Shown here one piece after another: positions 1 through 6,540 of a stretch of DNA of 6,540 nt. Numbering within the stretch: the first letter of the stretch is position 1; each line of letters opens with the position of its first letter. The notes beneath the pieces were generated by a model, which had not been told where the DNA came from, did no database searches, and was given only the letters and a program-made list of their open reading frames with translations. The stretch lies in IMG/VR virus record IMGVR_UViG_2698536307_000009. One strand, written 5' to 3'. Position numbers and translations under genes: made by a program. The DNA comes from a virus. Lineage: Duplodnaviria; Heunggongvirae; Uroviricota; Caudoviricetes.

Positions 1-1
1 G

Positions 2-23
2 GAAAAAATAGCCTAAATAGGCT
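2..23 (-). terminator. Putative intrinsic terminator downstream of tfa
   Basis: Minus strand reads AGCCT-ATTT-AGGCT (5-bp stem, plus 10-23) followed by ATTTTTT (plus 9-3), about 120 nt after the tfa stop. Confidence 0.4.
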
Positions 24-142
24 GATTCGATGTGTTTGCGGGAAAAAAATCGGCCCAGATCCGAGAAATTTTAATCAGCGAGTCAGCTTGGGAAGAAATG
101 ACCTGCTTATTCGCACCTTCCATAGAATTTATATGTTTTACC

Positions 143-718
143 CTACGGCAGTGCTGGCCATTCAATATCCGGTGCAGTTGATGTATCAACACGGTTCAGC
201 AACACCCGATACTTTTTCCAGGCTTCCAGCAACAAGGTTTCTTCCTCCGTTGCGATCTCCAGATCCACAGCATCCTGAAGCGGCGCTATATGCTCACTGG
301 CTATCTGCATCAGGCTGTTTTTTGTTTCTTCCGCCTCCCGGATCCGGAACAGTTTTTCTGCTTCCGTATCCTTCACCCAGGCTGTGCCGTTCCACTTCTG
401 ATATTCCCCTCCCGGCGATAACCAGGTAACATTTTCCGGTAACGGACCGAGTTCAGAAATAAATAACGCGTCGCCGGAAGCCACGTCATAAACCGTTTTA
501 CCCCGATGATCTTCAACGAGATGCCACGATGCCTCATCACTGTTGAAAACAGCCACGAAGCCTGCCGGAATATCTGGCGGTGCAATATCGGTACTGTTTG
601 CTGGCAGACCTGTATGAGGCGGAATATATGCGTCACCTTCACCAATAAATTCATTAGTTCCGGCCAGCAGATTATAAATTTTTATGGTCCGTGGTTGTTC
701 ACTCATTCTGAATGCCAT
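143..718 (-). CDS. tfaQ: Tail fiber assembly protein (lambda Tfa family), 191 aa
   Basis: 191-aa ORF; translation [35 protein letters not shown]...DIEWPALP matches lambda Tfa and the K-12 TfaQ/TfaR paralogs as I recall them. Start overlaps the upstream stf stop (TAATG). Symbol assigned from Qin-like gene context. Confidence 0.9.
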   Translation of the reverse strand: MAFRMSEQPRTIKIYNLLAGTNEFIGEGDAYIPPHTGLPANSTDIAPPDIPAGFVAVFNSDEASWHLVEDHRGKTVYDVASGDALFISELGPLPENVTWLSPGGEYQKWNGTAWVKDTEAEKLFRIREAEETKNSLMQIASEHIAPLQDAVDLEIATEEETLLLEAWKKYRVLLNRVDTSTAPDIEWPALP

Positions 719-1026
719 TACGCAAGCCTCACAATATAGTTAAATGCGATGTTTTTGACGGTGTTTTCCGCGTTACCAGCAGCGTTAACGGTGATGGTAT
801 GTCCATGTGAACCAATCGCAACGGAGTGCGTATGAGCACCAATACCGACAGTATGTGCGTGTGCACCTGCGCTTGCAGCAGTACCCGATACAGAGTGCGT
901 ATGAGCGCCTGCAGAAGAAGTGTTAACACTGTATTTAGAATAATCAGGTGATCCACTTCCCGGAGCACCACTGGAACCACCTGAAACAAATGTCATCGAA
1001 TGGGTATGTGCACCGGCTGTCCCCAT
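718..1026 (-). pseudogene. Side tail fiber (Stf) C-terminal fragment, remnant lacking its N-terminus
   Basis: 102-aa ORF with GAHTHS/HxH repeats typical of the distal receptor-binding tip of lambda Stf-like fibers. Begins at an internal ATG directly at the junction with J-derived DNA; translationally coupled to tfa. Confidence 0.7.
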
Positions 1027-2360
1027 GCATTTACCGCCCGGACTGTCAGCCTGTAATTTCCCAGCGCCAGCTGCGTGAAGCGATATGTGGTTTCCGTCGT
1101 CCGGGCCGTGCTGACCAACCGCTCACTGCCGTCGTCCGCTGCCACGGTCAGGCGAAGCATAAAGCTCACCCCCTTCACCACCTTCGGCGTGTCCCAGCGC
1201 GCCAGCACCTGGTATTCCCCGCTGTCTGCGGTGACTTCTGCGGTCAGGTGCTGAACTGCTGGCGGCGTGACACCATTCACCGTGCCGCTCTGGTCACCGT
1301 CAAAGTGCGCCCCGTTATCCACGATGGCTTCTTTCTCCGGTACATGCTGCACGGCAGTGATGGCATACGTACCGTCATCGTTCTCACGGATACTCACACA
1401 GCGGAACAGGCGCTGACGCAGCGTCGGCAGCTTCAGCCCCCACACGCTGTACTCGGCAACGCCGTCAGGAACCCGGCTCACTTTCACCTTCACGCCGTCG
1501 GTGACGGACTGGACCTCCACGCTCACCGGATTACCCTGCCCGTCAACCAGGCTTATCAGCGTGGTGCCGGAGGATGGCAGCGTGATTTCACGGTCGAGCG
1601 TCAGTGTCCGCGTCTGGCTGTTCACCGCCAGCACGCGCCCGCCGATGCTGATCCCCGCATAGTCATCATCACAGATTTCAATGACATCACCTGGTACATG
1701 GCGAAGCCCTTCGGCACCCACGCTGAAGTCCACGGTCTGCGTTTCCAGCAGTTCCGTTTTAATCAGCCACAGCCCGGCTCGGTGCGCCTGCCCCCGCCTG
1801 GTACAGCCAAAGGCATCCATCTTCGTGACGTTACGACCGTAACGGGCAATGGCCTGCGTGTCCTCCACAAGCTCTGTCGCCGTCTCCCAGCCGTTATCCG
1901 GGTCAATCCAGTTCACCTCAACGGCATTATGGCGGTCCTTCAGGGCGCTGAAGCTGTAGCGGAACGGCGCGCCATCATCCGGCATCACCACATTACTGCG
2001 GTTATAGGTCCACACCTTATCTGATGGTCGGTCCTGCACGAACGTCAGCGTCTGCCCGTTCCATACCGGCATACAGCGCATCGCCGAGCAGAAATCACTG
2101 AGAACATCCCACGCCTTACGCTGTGTGGTCAGCCAGGCATTACAGGTGATGCGCGGCTCCGTGCCGCCAAAACCGTCCGGCACCGACTGGTCGCAACACT
2201 GGCCGATGACATACAGCGCCCATTTATCCACATCTGCCGCACCAAGACGTTTACCCATGCCGTAGCGCGGGTGGCTGGAGATCTGTCTCGCTGGCCTGCC
2301 GCAGTTCTTCAACTTCCCGGCGCAGCTTTTCGTTCTCAATTTCAGCATCCCTTTCGGCAT
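993..2360 (-). pseudogene. Internal fragment of lambda J-like host specificity (tail tip) protein; J homology roughly 1017..2271
   Basis: 455-aa ORF; from YGMGKRLGAADVDKWALYVIGQ to [14 protein letters not shown] it matches the central part of lambda J (about residues 330-770 of 1132 from memory). The first ~28 codons are Nu1 DNA read out of frame; the last 7 codons (PVHIPIR) are stf DNA read out of frame. Confidence 0.85.
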
Positions 2361-2508
2361 ACCATTTTATGACGGCGGCAGAATCATAAAGCACCTCATT
2401 ACCCTTGCCACCGCCTCGCAGAACGGGCATTCCCTGTTCCTGCCAGTTCTGAATGGTACGGATACTCGCACCGAAAATGTCAGCCAGCTGCTTTTTGTTG
2501 ACTTCCAT
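2251..2508 (-). pseudogene. Terminase small subunit Nu1 homolog, N-terminal fragment (85 aa, winged-HTH DNA-binding domain retained)
   Basis: MEVNKKQLADIFGASIRTIQNWQEQGMPVLRGGGKGNEVLYDSAAVIKWYAERDAEIENEKLRREVEELRQASE matches lambda Nu1 residues 1-~77; after DLQP it diverges (PALRHG-stop) where J-derived DNA is fused, near plus 2271/2272. Native start codon and upstream cosB are intact. Confidence 0.85.
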
Positions 2509-2519
2509 TGTTCATTCCA

Positions 2520-2730
2520 CGGACAAAAACAGAGAAAGGAAACGACAAAGGCCAAAAAGCCCGCTTTCAGCACCTGTCGTTTCCTTTCTTTTCAGGGGGT
2601 ATTTTAAATAAAAACATTAAGTTACGACGAAGAAGAACGGAAACACCTTAAACCGGAAAATTTTCATAAATAGCGAAAACCCGCGAGGTCGCCGCCCCGT
2701 AACCTGTCGGATCACCGGAAAGGACCCGTA
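2520..2730. other. Lambda-type cohesive end site: cosB (2520-2685, with Nu1-binding R-like elements), cosN (2686-2697), cosQ side (2698-~2730)
   Basis: Plus 2686-2697 AGGTCGCCGCCC is the reverse complement of the lambda 12-nt cohesive end GGGCGGCGACCT. Flanks match the lambda left end (CGCGGGTTTTCGCTATTTATGAAAATTTTCCGG...) and right end (...CGACAGGTTACG) as recalled. Elements with the GTTTCC core are visible between cosN and the Nu1 start. Confidence 0.85.
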
Positions 2731-2896
2731 AAGTGATAATGATTATCATCTACATATCACAACGTGCGTGGAGGCCATCAAACCACGTCAAATAATCAAT
2801 TATGACGCAGGTATCGTATTAATTGATCTGCATCAACTTAACGTAAAAACAACTTCAGACAATACAAATCAGCGACACTGAATACGGGGCAACCTC

Positions 2897-3130
2897 ATGT
2901 CAACGAAGAACAGAACCCGCAGAACAACAACCCGCAACATCCGCTTTCCTAACCAAATGATTGAACAAATTAACATCGCTCTTGAGCAAAAAGGGTCCGG
3001 GAATTTCTCAGCCTGGGTCATTGAAGCCTGCCGCCGGAGACTGTGCTCAGAAAAAAGAGTTTCTTCTGAAGCAAACAAAGAAAAGAGTGACATTACTGAA
3101 TTGCTCAGAAAACAGGTCAGACCAGATTGA
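2897..3130 (+). CDS. ynfO: Small basic protein YnfO-like (77 aa), predicted ribbon-helix-helix (Arc/MetJ-like) DNA-binding fold
   Basis: ATG-initiated 77-aa ORF in lambda right-end-like DNA. Basic N-terminus (KNRTRRTTTR), then a strand-helix-helix pattern (NIRFP / NQMIEQINIALEQKG / NFSAWVIEACRRRL). Position and size fit K-12 Qin ynfO; the fold is inferred from the pattern only. Confidence 0.65.
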   Translation: MSTKNRTRRTTTRNIRFPNQMIEQINIALEQKGSGNFSAWVIEACRRRLCSEKRVSSEANKEKSDITELLRKQVRPD

Positions 3131-3187
3131 AGCAATTTAGATAATCGTGCAGACTACGCCCCCTCATATCACATGGAAGGTTTATCT

Positions 3188-3598
3188 ATGGATCAGGTAG
3201 TCATTTTTAAACAAATATTTGATAAAGTTCGAAACGATTTAAACTATCAATGGTTTTATTCTGAGCTAAAACGTCACAATGTCTCACATTACATTTACTA
3301 TTTAGCCACAGAGAATGTTCATATTGTATTAAAAAATGATAATACAGTGTTATTAAAGGGCCTAAAAAACATTGTGTCTGTCAAATTTTCAAAGGATAGG
3401 CATCTTATAGAAACGACCTCTAATAAGCTGAAATCCAGAGAGATCACATTTCAGGAATACAGAAGAAACCTTGCTAAAGCAGGAGTTTTTCGGTGGGTTA
3501 CAAATATCCACGAACAAAAAAGATATTACTATACCTTTGATAATTCATTACTATTTACTGAAAGCATCCAGAAAACTACACAGATCTTACCACGCTAA
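3188..3598 (+). CDS. ydfO: YdfO/YbcV family protein (DUF1398), 136 aa
   Basis: [34 protein letters not shown]...QILPR. Start placed at ATG 3188, which has a GGAAGG Shine-Dalgarno 7 nt upstream (3175-3180); the in-frame ATG at 3173 has none. Confidence 0.85.
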
Positions 3599-3606
3599 AC
3601 CATAAC

Positions 3607-3635
3607 GTCCGGCTTCTCTCACTCCTGAGCCGGAC
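3607..3635 (+). terminator. Hairpin 9 nt after the ydfO stop (possible terminator, weak U-tract)
   Basis: Perfect 8-bp inverted repeat GTCCGGCT...AGCCGGAC with a 13-nt loop, followed by TGCATTGGTTTAAT. Confidence 0.3.
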
Positions 3636-3700
3636 TGCATTGGTTTAATAAAAACCATCAACAATTGTGATTTAGATATTCGGAACCATTCAAATATAAC

Positions 3701-3723
3701 AAAACCCCGTAAAAACGAGGTTT
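3701..3723 (-). terminator. Possible bidirectional terminator between convergent ydfO and gnsB
   Basis: Minus strand AAACCUCG-UUUUUA-CGGGGUUU: stem with one G-U wobble, flanked by A and U runs, about 30 nt after the gnsB stop. Confidence 0.25.
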
Positions 3724-3749
3724 ATGGATAAATTTTATTATTGAATACA

Positions 3750-3923
3750 TCAGATTAAATTAATCTTGACATCATAGCTTTCAAGACCCGTCATTTTTTC
3801 CCGTGCGGTAAACTGAATACTGGTAACTTCTTTCCCGGTCTTTTTCTTAAGTTCAATAATTTTTTTTGTTATATATTCAGAAATATCTGCTTCTGCTTTT
3901 GTTTTTAAGTTTTCAATATTCAT
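3750..3923 (-). CDS. gnsB: GnsB (GnsA/GnsB family small protein, 57 aa)
   Basis: Not in the supplied ORF track (below its size cutoff). Minus-strand translation is MNIENLKTKAEADISEYITKKIIELKKKTGKEVTSIQFTAREKMTGLESYDVKINLI. AAGAGGAA Shine-Dalgarno immediately upstream. Family and symbol from recalled GnsA/GnsB sequence and Qin gene order. Confidence 0.8.
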   Translation of the reverse strand: MNIENLKTKAEADISEYITKKIIELKKKTGKEVTSIQFTAREKMTGLESYDVKINLI

Positions 3924-3965
3924 CATTTCCTCTTTTAGTCTGTTATGACTTTCCAGTTACACAGT

Positions 3966-4000
3966 AAGTCGATTATATGGTGCAAACGTGTAAAAGATAA
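3966..4000 (-). promoter_or_regulatory. Candidate sigma70 promoter for gnsB
   Basis: Perfect -10 TATAAT (minus strand, plus 3977-3972) about 50 nt upstream of the gnsB start; the -35 at 17-bp spacing is weak (TTATCT). Confidence 0.3.
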
Positions 4001-4094
4001 GATGAAACATCGCAATAATCAACATACGATAGTCTAAATTTTACACAAACAGACAAAGAGAATTTTCCTGAATTATCAATGCAATAGCATCAAA

Positions 4095-4250
4095 TCAACT
4101 CAAGAGCCTTATTGCTGCTTCCAGAATTTCTTCTGAAGTAACATGTCGATCCGCGGCTACATAAATGACTTTATGATCTCCGGTCAGAGATGGAAACCCT
4201 GCGGCCATTACAGTAAGGTGTGTTTTTTCGCCATTTGGATATTCACGCAT
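4095..4250 (-). CDS. ynfN: YnfN-like small protein (51 aa if started at MREYPNGEK; alternative in-frame ATG at 4325 gives 76 aa)
   Basis: Open frame ending at 4095; the track's start at 4367 is TTG. The ATG at 4250 has GGAG 11 nt upstream and gives the 51-aa length I recall for K-12 YnfN. The minus-strand terminator at 4370-4389 leaves little room for a promoter ahead of the upstream starts. Confidence 0.5.
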   Translation of the reverse strand: MREYPNGEKTHLTVMAAGFPSLTGDHKVIYVAADRHVTSEEILEAAIRLLS

Positions 4251-4369
4251 GATGGTGTTAACTCCAGTCATCGCTGGCACTACCACTGCTGGTTCAGAGT
4301 TAAAAAAAACTATGATTTTTTTCATGATGTTACCGTAGTATGTGAGTATCCATCGAATAGACACCAAGC

Positions 4370-4389
4370 AAAAAAGCTCCCGAAGGAGC
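4370..4389 (-). terminator. Intrinsic terminator between cspI and ynfN
   Basis: Minus strand GCUCC-UUCG-GGAGC (GC-rich 5-bp stem, UUCG tetraloop) followed by UUUUUU; plus 4376-4389 stem-loop with the A-run at 4370-4375. Confidence 0.6.
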
Positions 4390-4596
4390 CTTCATTTTCA
4401 CTTTTTTAAATCCAACGACAGACGGCTGGCATTTAAGTATTGTGAAATATTATCAAATGTAATCATCATTGATTTACAAAAGATACATTTTGCCCCGAAA
4501 GGATTCATGTCAGAAACATCAAAAGATGATGTTCTATACTGGGAACCATGACAACACGGGCATCTAAAGTGAATATGGTTTGTAATATTGTCTACC

Positions 4597-4809
4597 TCAA
4601 AGCGCCACTACATGAACAGCGGCAGGACCTTTAGGTCCGTTCTCAATACCAAATTCAACTTCCTGATTCTCAGTTAATGTTTTGAAATCGTTGCTCTGAA
4701 TTGCTGAGAAATGGACAAACACATCTTTGCTGCCATCTTTCGGCGTGATGAAACCAAAACCTTTTTCAGGGTTAAACCATTTCACTAAACCAGTCATTTT
4801 GTTAGACAT
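4597..4809 (-). CDS. cspI: Cold shock protein, CspA family (70 aa), CspI-like
   Basis: [70 protein letters not shown] carries the RNP1 (KGFGFI) and RNP2 (VFVHF) motifs. Shine-Dalgarno AAAGGTAATAATT-ATG resembles cspA. Neighbours fit K-12 Qin cspI. Confidence 0.93.
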   Translation of the reverse strand: MSNKMTGLVKWFNPEKGFGFITPKDGSKDVFVHFSAIQSNDFKTLTENQEVEFGIENGPKGPAAVHVVAL

Positions 4810-4989
4810 AATTATTACCTTTTGAAGAAATTAGCCCTTGGGCAGAATGGTCCGAAAAAAAATATCAGAGAGAAAAACCAACAAGGAAATCTCAAGAGGT
4901 ACAAATAATAAAATTATAACAATGACTGCTTCAGATAAATTTGTAACAAACCAGAACACCATTAACGCATGATTAACCACCCATAGCAA
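4810..4989 (-). promoter_or_regulatory. cspI promoter and long 5' leader with cold-box-like element
   Basis: Minus strand: -35 TTGCTA (plus 4989-4984), 17-bp spacer, -10 GTTAAT (plus 4966-4961), resembling cspA TTGCAT/CTTAAT. Predicted leader about 145 nt; GGTTTGTTACAAAT near its 5' end resembles the cspA cold box. Confidence 0.45.
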
Positions 4990-5171
4990 GGATTACTTTT
5001 GTAAAGAAAAACACAGCAATGAAAGAATGGCTTTATTTATTAATAAAACGTGTCATTCTGATTAAGACCTTTTATCTTACCCTTAAGATTTCAGGAATTT
5101 TGGCTCATGGAAGAGTCCTTTTTATTTAAATTTTACATTCCGCGATGTAAATGTTCCGATTTAATATTACC

Positions 5172-6195
<1,024 letters not shown>

Positions 6196-6199
<4 letters not shown>

Positions 6200-6425
6200 A
6201 GATATTTATGATGAGGACGCTCGTGCTTATTGGCAGGATTTTCAATCTTAAAGGAGTACTGATGCTGCAGATAAGACTCAACTTTTTCTGACAATTTTTC
6301 TGCTACTTCCAGGAAGACTTGCCGGACGCTCCTTCTGGCTGCTGCCTCATAAAACTCCAGCGCAGCTCCTTCAACACGGTCCATGGCGACATCCAGGTCA
6401 AAAATTTCACCGTCAAAGCGTTCTT
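6196..6425 (-). CDS. ydfR: YdfR-like protein, 5'-truncated by IS1 insertion (likely pseudogene); first ATG at 6384 gives 62 aa
   Basis: Frame is open from the stop at 6196 to the IS1 boundary at 6425/6426 with no start codon except the internal ATG at 6384, which lacks a Shine-Dalgarno. Position between the endolysin and where the holin would lie fits ydfR. Stop overlaps the rrrQ start (ATGA). Confidence 0.5.
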
Positions 6426-6540
6426 GGTAATGACTCCAACTTATTGATAGTGTTTTATGTTCAGATAATGCCCGATGACTTTGTCATGCAGCTCCACCGA
6501 TTTTGAGAACGACAGCGACTTCCGTCCCAGCCGTGCCAGG
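6426..6540 (-). mobile_element. IS1 insertion sequence, terminal 115 bp including the right inverted repeat; element continues beyond the window
   Basis: Plus 6426-6455 GGTAATGACTCCAACTTATTGATAGTGTTT is the IS1 right-end inverted repeat; the following sequence matches the IS1 3' region in reverse complement as recalled. Confidence 0.9.
6441..6540 (-). CDS. insB: IS1 transposase InsB (InsAB') C-terminal end, partial at window edge
   Basis: Minus-strand translation ends ...[19 protein letters not shown]-stop, with the stop codon at plus 6441-6443. Confidence 0.8.

Noticed and set aside
1-142. DNA-invertase crossover site (gix/hix/pix-like) downstream of tfa
   Set aside because: Tail fiber cassettes are often next to Pin/Gin invertases, so I looked for an AAACC...GGTTT-type 26-bp site; none is evident, and no invertase gene lies within the window.
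88-739. ORFs 88..429 (+), 373..654 (-) and 506..739 (+) overlapping tfa
   Set aside because: All overlap the well-supported tfa frame on the opposite strand or in another frame, and their translations are unremarkable.
729-989. 86-aa minus-strand ORF in another frame of the stf fragment
   Set aside because: Alternative frame of the His-repeat region with a low-complexity Leu/Val-rich translation; the GAHTHS frame is the one with tail fiber character.
948-2024. 358-aa plus-strand ORF
   Set aside because: It lies antisense to the J fragment, which has clear homology; the translation is Arg/His/Pro-rich and low in complexity with no recognisable family. Long antisense ORFs are expected in GC-rich coding DNA.
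2367-2573. 68-aa minus-strand ORF overlapping the Nu1 start and cosB
   Set aside because: Out of frame with the strongly supported Nu1 reading frame and running across the cosB R elements, which are DNA sites.
2869-3135. 88-aa minus-strand ORF antisense to ynfO
   Set aside because: Same locus as ynfO on the opposite strand; the plus-strand ORF has the ATG start and the RHH-like pattern, the antisense one has neither.
4143-4551. Plus-strand ORFs 4143..4409 and 4342..4551 (GTG start)
   Set aside because: The first is antisense to ynfN; the second starts with GTG, runs across the strong minus-strand terminator and through AT-rich intergenic DNA, with no Shine-Dalgarno and no family resemblance.

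Overview
This window reads as a decayed lambdoid (Qin-like) cryptic prophage of E. coli or Shigella, not a novel system; every call rests on reading the translations and on recalled lambda and E. coli K-12 sequences, with no database search run. Almost all genes are on the minus strand. From low to high coordinates: an intact tail fiber assembly gene (tfa); a three-part remnant made of a side tail fiber C-terminus, an internal piece of the lambda J tail-tip protein and the N-terminal DNA-binding part of terminase small subunit Nu1; a complete lambda-type cos site (cosQ-cosN-cosB); a plus-strand pair ynfO-ydfO; an AT-rich cold-shock cluster (gnsB, ynfN, cspI with a cspA-type promoter and long leader); a lysis cassette with nested spanins Rz/Rz1 and a SAR endolysin; a ydfR-like ORF cut by the inverted-repeat end of an IS1 element that runs off the window. 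The main points of interest are the deletion scars, the retained cos site beside a truncated Nu1, the ynfO-ydfO pair and the IS1 insertion upstream of the lysis genes.
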